From Sulfurihydrogenibium sp. (GTDB taxonomy: Bacteria > Aquificota > Aquificia > Aquificales > Hydrogenothermaceae): a stretch of 24,951 nt of DNA. Of this stretch, positions 1-9,300 are shown piece after piece. Position 1 is the stretch's first letter. Each line of letters starts with the position of its first letter. The notes under the pieces are model-generated. The model was not told where the DNA came from. It did not search any database and saw only the letters and a program-made list of their open reading frames with translations. Location of the stretch: the NCBI GenBank assembly GCA_037442825.1, contig JBBIPN010000012.1:1-24951 (forward strand). The letters are read 5' to 3'. Both the position numbers and the translations under genes were made by a program.

Positions 1-64
1 CAGCAGCTATAGAATAACTACTTAAGACACTAAAACCTATTAAAGCGCTTACTACCTTTCTCAT
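1..64 (-). CDS. 5' end of a secreted/periplasmic protein (partial, runs off the left edge)
   Basis: ATG at 64-62 preceded by TAAGGA. Reads MRKVVSALIGFSVLSSYSIAA..., a typical Sec signal peptide. Starts 10 nt after the FadL-like stop. Not in the ORF track. Confidence 0.75.
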   Translation of the reverse strand, partial: MRKVVSALIGFSVLSSYSIAA

Positions 65-74
65 AGCCAGTTCC

Positions 75-1311
75 TTAGAAAGTCCATCTCAATGCTATAC
101 CAACTTCATTTTGAGCATTTTTAGCACCAACAGTTGCTGGTACTGTTGTTGGTCCCATTTGTAAATCTACATTAGATTCAACTTTTTTCTCAAATGCATG
201 AACGTAAGCTAAATCTATAGCGAAGTTTTTATTAAATTGATAGCTACCGCCAAGAGATATATGATGTTCTGATATAGCTGGGAAACCTATAAGGTTGAAC
301 CATTGGATATTTCCACCTGGCATTGGTCCTAAGTTTGGTATATTTGCATTATTTGGTGGATTTGATCTAATTGGAGATTTTCCATAGTTATAACCTGCTC
401 TTAACTTTAAAGATTGATTTACTTTATACTCACCACCAATAGCCACAACCGTTTGATCTTTCCAACCAAACTGTTTATAACCATCTGCATCTGCCCAGTT
501 TATCCATCTTAAATCTAAACCTACTTTTAACTCAGGTGTTACTTCATAACCTAAACCAATAGCTACTTCTTGTGGTTGCGTAAGCTTTAAATCTTCATAA
601 ATACTATCATTATTTGTATCAAAAACATATTTGTACTTCATAGTTATAGGTGATTGATAGTTTAAACCAACTGTAAATCTATCTATCTTGTATCCTAAAC
701 CAATCTGCGCACCTACACCATAAGAAGAAGATTGACCACCCCCTGCATTATAAGGATTTCCCCGAATTATCTAACATAGTTGCACCCATGTCTAATGAAC
801 CCCAAGCTAAATCTATCCCTAAACCTAAGGATAAATTTGGATTTACTTGGTAAGATATAGCAGGAATAATCCTCATAAACTGTAGTGTTGTATGCATATT
901 AGATAATCTAGGATCTTTATTTCTATAGTCAACACCCATACCAGATACACCATATGCAGCTATACCAACTACAACTTTCTCATTGATTCTATTTGTTATA
1001 CCAACTTCTGGGACTGTAAAGAAGTTAGCACGAGATGATACATAACCTGTATCACCTAGAGGACTAGAAAATCTACCTTTAACATCAGGCATAAATATTA
1101 TACCACCAAAACTTACTGTAAATCCTTTTTCACTGTTCATCCATGCTGGGTTTCTAAAAATTGAATCAATGGAACCAACAGACATACCTACACCAAGTCC
1201 ACCCATAGCTTCAGATGATGGTGTGACACCAATTAAGTTGTCACCGTTTGTTGCAAATGCAGAACTTGTTGCTACTGCAAAAATTGCTGCTGTTGCTAAT
1301 ACTTTTCTCAT
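75..1311 (-). pseudogene. OmpP1/FadL/TodX family outer-membrane channel, split by a single +1 frameshift at ~751-770 (about 411 aa if repaired; may be a sequencing error)
   Basis: Signal peptide then mature TNGDNLIG..GMGG..NPA hatch motif, amphipathic beta-strands and C-terminal Phe (LRWTF). Removing one base in TCGGGGAAAT joins ORF 748-1311 to an open frame (GNPYNAGGGQSSSYGVGAQIGLGY...SPITMKY) continuous with ORF 75-641. GGAGG SD at 1319-1323. Confidence 0.88.
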
Positions 1312-1326
1312 AGTAAAACCTCCTTC

Positions 1327-1390
1327 TAAAAAATATTTTAATATATTTAACTATAAAAAATATTTTAATATATTTAACTATAAAAAATAT
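1327..1390. repeat. 27-bp tandem repeat, 2.4 copies (TAAAAAATATTTTAATATATTTAACTA)
   Basis: Exact copies at 1327-1353 and 1354-1380, plus a 10-bp partial copy at 1381-1390, between the putative promoter and the SD of the FadL-like gene. Confidence 0.95.
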
Positions 1391-1401
1391 AATGCTGTCA
1401 A
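1372..1401 (-). promoter_or_regulatory. Putative sigma-70 promoter for the FadL-like gene
   Basis: Perfect TTGACA at 1401-1396 on the minus strand. The -10 is ambiguous (TTAAAT at an 18-bp spacer, inside the tandem repeat). Confidence 0.4.
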
Positions 1402-1449
1402 ATACTAACATTATATAGATATTTATAAATATTATAATATTCAGAAATT

Positions 1450-2861
1450 TTAATATTGGTTAATTTTTAAAGCTTTTATGAAATTTATAGCTTCTTCTTT
1501 TGTTTTTATATTTCCACAAATTTGATTGCAAATTAATTTTTCTTTTATTTCTCCGACTTCTTTTGAAGGTTTAATATTCAAAATAGTCATAATTTCATTA
1601 CCAGTTAATAGAGGTTCTTCTAATATTTTATCTTTATAGTTTTTATAAAAATGATTTTTTAACTTTACAATTATCTCTTTATAGTCTTCATTTAAACTAT
1701 ACAACAGTATAAAACTTAAATCAGAAAAATTTTTATATTTATACCAAAACCAGTTTAAACTACAGTTTGAAAAGTCTTTTAGATTTATCAGATACTTTAC
1801 GGCTCCTAATATATTTAAAATCAACTTTACAACTTTATTGGGTAAAACTAACTTTTCTTCTAAGATGTGCTGTTGGTTTTCTAAATGGTATATTAAACCA
1901 GTTAGTTTTAAAAATGTTATGGTATCAAAATTTTGGAAAATTTTTTCTTTACTAATTGATTGTATAAAATCTAATTTTTTTTTAGACTTTTTTCAAGATT
2001 TTTATATAGATCTAAATCTTTTATATCTCCAATCACATTTTTTAGAATTTTATTTTCAAGAAGTTTTTCTAATGTATTTGTAGCGTTTTCATTAGATATT
2101 ATCTTTAAAATTTCATCTCTTATTCTTTCTTTTGGAGAAGCTTTTATTAAATCTGGATTTGACTTTATAAATTTTTCAAATTCTTTATCTATTAAAAAGT
2201 TAAGTTCTAATGCTAATCTATAACCTCTTAGTACTCTTACTGGATCTTTTTTAATATTTTCAAAATAAACAGGTCTTATAATTCCTTCCTGTAAATCTTT
2301 AAAGCCGTTAGATGGATCTATCAAAACTGTTGTAGAAGCAGATAAACTTAATGTGTCATCAAAATTTACAGCTATAGCATTTATTGTAAAATCTCTATTT
2401 AATAGGTCTTCATACAACCTTTTTAATATCTCTTCTTCTTTTTGATAGTAATCAAAGTTTTCGTTCTTTAAAATATCTGAGATATCTAAATATGAAAAAT
2501 CAAATCTGTAGTTATACTTTCCTTCTTTAAATATAAAGCTTGCTACTTGCTTTTCTTTTTCAAATTGGAAAATATCACCATCTATATACTTTTTTAAATT
2601 TTTAACAACATCAAATGGATTAGCAGTTACAATAAAATCTATATCTATATTTTCCCCAATAGGTCTGTTTATTATCCTATCTCTTACCCAACCACCTACC
2701 AAAAAACAGAAAGAACTTTTTGGGAGAGCCTTTGAAATATAATCAAAGTATGAGTTATAAAATATAAGTCCGTGAATATAGTTTTCTTTTATATCTAAAT
2801 CTAATTGTTCATCTTTCTTTTTATTGAATATCTTCTCTAATAACTTCTCTATTCCAAACAT
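1450..2861 (-). CDS. cca: Class II tRNA nucleotidyltransferase, CC-adding type, interrupted by a -1 frameshift at ~1971-1993 (about 470 aa if repaired)
   Basis: Motifs VGGWVRD, DIDF, EDLLNRDFTINAIA, DPSNG..DL, DPVRVLRGYR, ERIRDEI, and C-terminal PLLTGNEIM..LNIKPS..VG. Closely resembles the Aquifex CC-adding enzyme as I recall it. Adding one A in CTAAAAAAAAATTAG opens LDFIQSISKEK...VVKLILNILGAV into ORF 1450-1824. Confidence 0.88.
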
Positions 2862-2862
2862 A

Positions 2863-3297
2863 TTACACTCTATATATATCTACTTCTTTCTTTAAATTTT
2901 CTATAAACTTAATAAGATTTTCTGCTTTATCTATCCAGCTTTGAACTATCCAGCTTGTTTTAGGATACTCTTCCTGAAGGTTTTTATATTGGTTTATCTT
3001 GTAATTTGTAAACTCTATAAGTAAATCTAAAAATTCTTTCATCTTTCTTAACTGTTTTGAATAATAAAACAAATCTTTTAACATTTCTTTTCTTTCTCTT
3101 GCTGGAATATTTACTCCTAAGGACAATCCTATTTTCTGTATATCAAATTTTGAAACATATATACCACTTTTTGCTGGTACAGTAAAAAGTTTTAAGATCT
3201 TATCAAACTCTCCTTCTTCCTTAAGAAAATCAAACTGTTCAGCAAATTTTGTATTTGTCATAAACGGATTTTTCATTAAATCTTCATCTTTAAACAT
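2863..3297 (-). CDS. Hypothetical helical protein (144 aa)
   Basis: Clean ORF with GAGG SD. Its stop lies 1 nt before the ATG of the CC-adding gene. No motif recognised. Confidence 0.8.
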   Translation of the reverse strand: MFKDEDLMKNPFMTNTKFAEQFDFLKEEGEFDKILKLFTVPAKSGIYVSKFDIQKIGLSLGVNIPARERKEMLKDLFYYSKQLRKMKEFLDLLIEFTNYKINQYKNLQEEYPKTSWIVQSWIDKAENLIKFIENLKKEVDIYRV

Positions 3298-3335
3298 TTT
3301 TCAATTCCTCAAATAATATTTTTTATTATTTTACA

Positions 3336-3899
3336 CTAAATCTTTTTATGGGCGTTTATTAAATTTAAAAATTCTTCTCTTGTTTTGTGGCACTCTAAAA
3401 ATTTACCTGTTAATTTACTTGTAACTGTTATAGATTCTGGATTTCTAACACCTCTCATTGCCATACATAAATGAACTGCTTCCATCACTACAGCAACGCC
3501 TTTTGGATTAAGTTCTTTTTCTAAAAATTCTGCAATTTCTGCTGTTAATCGTTCTTGTACTTGTGGTCTATATGAAAATTTATTTACGATTCTAACTATT
3601 TTAGAAAGTCCACATACTTTATTATTTGGAATATAAGCTATATGAGCTTTTCCAAAAAATGGTAAAAGATGGTGTTCACATAGAGAAAAAAACTGTATGT
3701 CTCTAACTACTACCATCTCTTCATAACTTCCAACATCTTCAAATATGGTCATATTAAAATCTCTATAAGACTCAAACTCTTCCCACAATTTAGCAACTCT
3801 TTTTGGTGTATCCCTCAATCCTTCTCTCTTTGGATCTTCTCCAATACCTTCTAAAAATAATTTTATTGCTTGTTCTATTTTATTTTTATCTATAGCCAT
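3336..3899 (-). CDS. folE: GTP cyclohydrolase I
   Basis: [45 protein letters not shown] and HLCMAMRGV motifs. AGGAG SD. Confidence 0.97.
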   Translation of the reverse strand: MAIDKNKIEQAIKLFLEGIGEDPKREGLRDTPKRVAKLWEEFESYRDFNMTIFEDVGSYEEMVVVRDIQFFSLCEHHLLPFFGKAHIAYIPNNKVCGLSKIVRIVNKFSYRPQVQERLTAEIAEFLEKELNPKGVAVVMEAVHLCMAMRGVRNPESITVTSKLTGKFLECHKTREEFLNLINAHKKI

Positions 3900-3911
3900 T
3901 TTTATCTCCTT

Positions 3912-4328
3912 TTATAGTAATCTTTGACATTCAACTTTCATACATCTATCTGCAACTACGTTATAACCTTTTTCTATAAGCATTTTAGCAACTTCTGGGT
4001 TGTAAGTTTGCGGTTGAAACCAAAACGTTTTAAAACATTTCTTTAAAGCATCTTCTGCAGTGTAAACAACATCAGCAGGTCTTCTAAAAATATCGATAAT
4101 ATCAATCTCATCAGGTATATCTAAAAGAGATTTATATACTGGTTCCCCTAGTATTATCTGACCTTCGTATGTTGGATTTACAAAGTAAACCTTAAATCCA
4201 TACATCTTTATAATTTCACTTACAAAATAACTTGGTTTATCTGGTTGATTAGATATACCTACTACTGCAACTGTTTTTGAAGTTTTTAAAATATTTTTAA
4301 TCTCTTCGTCTGTTTTAAGTAATGGCAT
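3912..4328 (-). CDS. CoA-binding protein (YccU-like)
   Basis: TVAVVGIS..PDKPSY.V, VNP, ILGEPVYKSLLDIP..IDIIDIFR, WFQ and DRCMKVE motifs. Confidence 0.92.
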   Translation of the reverse strand: MPLLKTDEEIKNILKTSKTVAVVGISNQPDKPSYFVSEIIKMYGFKVYFVNPTYEGQIILGEPVYKSLLDIPDEIDIIDIFRRPADVVYTAEDALKKCFKTFWFQPQTYNPEVAKMLIEKGYNVVADRCMKVECQRLL

Positions 4329-5640
4329 AGTTTATCTCCTCTGCAACGTTATCTTCCCTTTCTTGGTTTATCTGGGTAAGATTAGCTAAAGTAATTTCAT
4401 TGATCTTTTTATCTGTCTTTATTTTTGCATGTATATAATTTCCAGTAATTCCAATTTTGCAATCTTCTTTTTCAGATATAATTAAAAATTCTAAAGTTTT
4501 GTTTAAAAATTTTTTTCTAAACTCTATGTTCTTTTTATGTCCTATATCTCTTAATATCTTTGTTCTACCTTTTTTCTCTTGTGGCGGTACTTTATCACCA
4601 AACTTTAAAGCTGTAGTATTATCTCTTGGTGAATAGGTAAATACATGTATGTATGCAAAAGGAATTTCTGAAATATTTTTAACAGTGTTTTCAAAAGCAT
4701 TTTTATCTTCAGTAGGAAAGCCAGTTATAACATCTGTTCCGATAGCAGTTTCTGGTCTTTTAGTTAATATTTTTTCTACTTTTTCTATATAATCCATAAC
4801 AGTGTAATCCCTTTTCATATCTTTCAATACTCTATCATCACCTGATTGAATAGATAAGTGAAAATGTGGAGCTATCTTTTCTTCTGAAGTTATTAGGTCT
4901 ATAAGGTTATCATCAAGTTCATTTATATTCATAGATGAAAGCCTTATTCTGTACATATCTAAATTTACAAGTTGTTTTAATAACTGATATAGATTCTCTT
5001 TATTATCAAATCCATACTGGGAAAGTTGTGTCCCTGTTAAAACAATTTCTTTAAAACCTTTATCTATTAATATTTGTACTTGATTTATTACATCTTTTAT
5101 TGGTGCACTTCTTACTTTACCACGGGCAAATGGAATGATACAAAAACTACAAAAACTATTACAACCTTCTTGAACTTTTATTATTGGTCTTGCACCTTCA
5201 AAAAATGTACTTATTTGAAAAGATAAAAAATCGTTTTGTCTAAATATATTATCAATAAATACTTTATTTTCAAATTTTTCATTTATATAGTTTTCAACGA
5301 TTTCAAAAACAGCTGTTTTATGAGAATTTCCTATAACTAAATCAACTTCTTCTATCTTTGCCAACTCTTCTGGAGAAACTTGAGCATAACAACCAGTAGC
5401 TACAATAATAGCTTTTGGATTTTTTCTTTTTGCTTGTCTTATAGTTTTTCTTGAAGTTCTATCTGCATCATTTGTTACAGTACATGTATTGATTACATAT
5501 ATATCTGCTACATCTTCAAAGTCTGTTATATTATAACCTTTTATAGAAAACTGCTCTTCAATGGCAGACGTTTCAAATTGGTTCATTCTACAACCTAAGG
5601 TAGCAAAAGCAACTTTTATATTTTTATTTTCCAATCTCAT
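4315..5640 (-). CDS. mtaB: tRNA t6A37 methylthiotransferase MtaB
   Basis: UPF0004 domain (TLGCRMNQFE, INTCTVT, TGCYAQ), radical SAM CNSFCSFC motif, HFHLSIQSG, DVITGFP, and the MtaB-type HVFTYSPR. Confidence 0.93.
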   Translation of the reverse strand: MRLENKNIKVAFATLGCRMNQFETSAIEEQFSIKGYNITDFEDVADIYVINTCTVTNDADRTSRKTIRQAKRKNPKAIIVATGCYAQVSPEELAKIEEVDLVIGNSHKTAVFEIVENYINEKFENKVFIDNIFRQNDFLSFQISTFFEGARPIIKVQEGCNSFCSFCIIPFARGKVRSAPIKDVINQVQILIDKGFKEIVLTGTQLSQYGFDNKENLYQLLKQLVNLDMYRIRLSSMNINELDDNLIDLITSEEKIAPHFHLSIQSGDDRVLKDMKRDYTVMDYIEKVEKILTKRPETAIGTDVITGFPTEDKNAFENTVKNISEIPFAYIHVFTYSPRDNTTALKFGDKVPPQEKKGRTKILRDIGHKKNIEFRKKFLNKTLEFLIISEKEDCKIGITGNYIHAKIKTDKKINEITLANLTQINQEREDNVAEEINYAIT

Positions 5641-6256
5641 CTACTGCCCTTTCTAAATCTCCATATTTTAGTATTTCAATTAGTTTATGTTCATCAAAAG
5701 CTTTTGTCAATCTTTCTCCAGTATTTAAATCGAATATATAAAATATTTCTTTCCCATAACTACCTACATAAAAAGCACCTCTTCCTATAACTACACCAGC
5801 TATAACGGAAGATTTGTAATCATCTGTAAGTTTCTCTCCTGTTATTACGTTGTATAAAGCATATTTACCATTTTTCTTTCCCCAAAAGTATATACTTTCT
5901 CCTGTTAAAGCACCTCTATCTCTTATCTTTTCAAATTCTTCTGTAATCTGTTTTTCTAAAGTATATAAAGCTTCATAACTTCCATTTTTTGCTAAATAGT
6001 AAGGTGATTGGTTTTTAATAACACCTTTAGGATAAATCCAGTCAAAATCTTCTGTAAGTTTTTCTATTTTTCTATTATAGATAGACCATTTAACATACTT
6101 TAGATGTTGTAGATAGTTAAATTTATCTTTTACAATTTCCTTTGTTGCTACAAAGTAATCTGACTCTCCTTTTGAAAGTCCTTCTTTAAAGATATATCCA
6201 AATTTTTTATCACTATTTTCAAAATAAAAATATAATTTATCTTCAATTAATCTCAT
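5624..6256 (-). CDS. Hypothetical protein with ~37-40-aa internal beta-type repeats
   Basis: Clean 210-aa ORF with AGAGGA SD, overlapping the mtaB start. Repeated (E/K)(K/Q/R)(L/I)T..(F/Y)...G....G.S.Y(F/Y) units. Confidence 0.8.
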   Translation of the reverse strand: MRLIEDKLYFYFENSDKKFGYIFKEGLSKGESDYFVATKEIVKDKFNYLQHLKYVKWSIYNRKIEKLTEDFDWIYPKGVIKNQSPYYLAKNGSYEALYTLEKQITEEFEKIRDRGALTGESIYFWGKKNGKYALYNVITGEKLTDDYKSSVIAGVVIGRGAFYVGSYGKEIFYIFDLNTGERLTKAFDEHKLIEILKYGDLERAVDEIGK

Positions 6257-6328
6257 ATTATCCTCTTTAATTGGATTAACAAGATTTTATTAGAAAGATT
6301 AATATTTTTTTATGTTTTATAACATAAA

Positions 6329-9300
6329 CTAGAAGTCAAATGGTAATGTAAATGTTATCTCTCCACTTCTTGAGTTGTTTTCGAAAAACTTTATAACAAA
6401 AGAGCTTCTTTCTGTAAGTTTATATCCACCTTCATACCATCCAAAATTGCTTATTGTACTACTATTACTTAATGGTTTCGAAAGTCCAATATAAATTTTT
6501 CTTGTTAGGTACTTTTGAATGTATACATTAAAGGATATACCTTGTGTAGGGTTATAACTTGGTACTACATTTACGTTGAAACCTGTTCCAAATAAACCAC
6601 TTTCCTCACTTTCCTGTTTAAATGGTAAAAACAATTTTGCTACATTTCCTACAATACTAAAGAATCCAGAAGAAGCTAACTGTTCTGGTGTTTGTTTAAT
6701 TAAAAGTATTGTAAGTATTTCATTTTTTGATTTAGGTGGTGTAGAGTAAAAGTCATACCTTATATTATTAGCTGTTCCAGAAAGATTTACATATATGTAT
6801 GTACCTGAAACATTTGTAGATAATCTTCCATTTATATAAGCTATATTTTTAATGATGTTTATATTAAGAAAGTCAATGTTGTACTTTACTTTTAAAAAAT
6901 TAACTTTTCCGTAAGATATTTTTATATTTCCATTTATCTCTGGATTGTATGCTGTGTTTATAATTTCTAAACTACCTTCAGCATAAACCCTTCCCCAACT
7001 TCCTTCTATTGTTATAGGTGAAAAAGTGTTTAGCTTTACATTTAAATTAATGTTTTTTAAATAATCAGATTTTTGAGTACCATTACCATTTTCTAAAAAG
7101 TTAGGTTCTATATTTATTTTACCTGTTATCTGATTTTTTCCAACAATATAAACTTTTTCTTTATCAATTTTAATATCTGTCTCAGTGTTTAACACGCCAT
7201 TAAATATATTTTGATATTTTATTGGTAAAAGTTGAGAATTTATATCTACATTACCAATCTTTTTATCTAAATCAACACTCCCCTCTAACCTTATACTACT
7301 ATCCCCAAAAACTGATTTAGTTGAACCATCTGCTGATAAGTATAATAAATCTTTTAGTTTTATACTGATCTTATTAACAACTAGCATATTTGATAGGAAA
7401 GCTGACTTAACTTTTATGTTTTTACCTTCTAATTCAAATCTTCCTTTTGTTAGTATGTTTTTTATACTACCTTTATAATTAAATAAAAAGTTTATTTTTC
7501 CTTCAATGTTTGCATATCTTAAAAATTGGGAGATATACCTTTTATCTACTTCACCAACGATATAACTATCAATTGTACTATTTTCTACATTAAAAATAAA
7601 TTTTTCAACAAAGCCTTTAAATATACCTTCAAAATAAGATTTTGATACTAATACTGACTTATCTTTTAACAATCCTTTTAACTCACTAAATTCAAATAAA
7701 ACTAAATCTTTTTCTTTAATACTAAGATTTTTTATAGAAAAAATTCCAGAACTATTTAATATATTATTTTTATCAATGTTTAAACTTAAAAATATGTTTG
7801 ATAAATAAACTGAAACAGTTTTTGTAACTGGTAACTTTAAACTTTGTGTATTTAAAACTAACTTTTCTTTATCTCCTTCTACTTTTCCTTTAACTGTTAT
7901 ATCTTTATATCTTACATCTAAATTTCCTGTATATCTATCTAAACTTCCACTTAAATTTATATCTAATGAGAATGGGTTTTCATTATAGTTTAGTTTTGAG
8001 TTAATATTTCCCTTAATAACATTTTTAGATAAGCTATATAAACCTTTTGATATTAAAGATAAATTTTTTAAATCGTTATTTAGTTTTTCTGAATTAATAT
8101 TTAATGTATAGGATAAATCATCATTTAGAATTTTTATGGTTGATTTAATGTTATCGATATAATAATCTTTAAATTTTATCTGATTTGAAGATACTTCAAT
8201 TTTTAAGTCTTTACTTTTTGTAGTTAAAACACCATCTATAGATAAGTTTATAGGAATGTTGTAATCTTGAAGGATTAGTTTTAAATTTGGAATATTTAAT
8301 TTTGCAATCCAATCCTTATTTTTAACATTTATATCTAATTTACCACTACCTTTATCAAGACTAAATTTGTTTATCAATTCTAAATGCTTAGCTAAATAAT
8401 TTTTTGTAAATTCAAGATTTAGATTTTTAAACATTAAATTAATATCTGTTTCCCTTTTGTCTGTATTTATAGAAACATTATATTTTAATTGATCTTGATA
8501 GTAACCTGATACATTTATAAGATTATTTTGTAGATTAAATTTATAGTTAACATTTTTTAAGTCTATTTCTTCATAACTAAAAGATTTTCCAATACCTAAT
8601 AGATTTATGTTGATATTTTTAAAATCTCCAGATATATTTCCACTACCGTCAACAATACCTTTTATAGGTATATCTTTAAGAAAAATTAAATCTTCTAAAC
8701 TTGCATTTGAAAAGTATAGATTCAACTTGTAATCTTTATCTGTTATAGCTCCATCAAGATAAATTTTACTAATATTTTTATTTATATCACCTTTTAACGT
8801 TAATATTTTCTTATTTATCTCTAAATTTCCCTTTATTTTAGCTATATTATACTCAAAACCTATAAACTTAGGCTTTGTTATATTTAGTTCAAAATTAAGA
8901 TTTTTATCTTTATTGTCATAAATAAAATTACCATTCAGTAAACCGTCTATTGAGTTTGTGATCTCATTTTTTTTGATTAAACTAATTAATTTATTTAAAG
9001 ATTTTACATTCACATCACCAATAATTTTATCTTTTTGTGTCTTAAACTTACCTTCTAATAGTTTGGAAACTAATGTCCCGTATAGTTGATTGTCTTTTAT
9101 GTCTATATTTAAATCAACTTTTCCTAAGTTTATACTATCATAGTTGGTGTTAAATAATACTATTTTTATATTTCCATTTAAGAGGCTGTTGTTCTCTTTT
9201 TCTTTAATCTCTAACTTTCCATTTAAATTAATGTTTTTAATATTGATATTATTTTTTACAACAGATTTTACAACAGAATCAGCTTTTCCATTAAGCTTTA

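Noticed and set aside
1327..1390. Repeat as a CRISPR array
   Set aside because: The copies are directly adjacent with no spacers, and there are no cas genes.
1169..1408. 79-aa plus-strand ORF with repeated KKYFNIFNY
   Set aside because: Antisense to the FadL-like gene and its leader. The peptide repeat only reflects the 27-bp DNA duplication, and there is no SD.
1419..1441. Two overlapping 14-bp perfect palindromes (ATATTTATAAATAT, AATATTATAATATT)
   Set aside because: Purely A/T in a near-100% AT tract, so expected by chance. No independent support.
1767..2083. Plus-strand ORFs 1767-1955 and 1838-2083
   Set aside because: Antisense shadows of the CC-adding gene. The real coding frame is the shifted minus-strand frame.
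6309..6328. 8-bp inverted repeat TTTATGTT-TTAT-AACATAAA after the tamB stop, as a terminator
   Set aside because: Only one GC pair and no U-tract on the tamB strand, so too weak to call.
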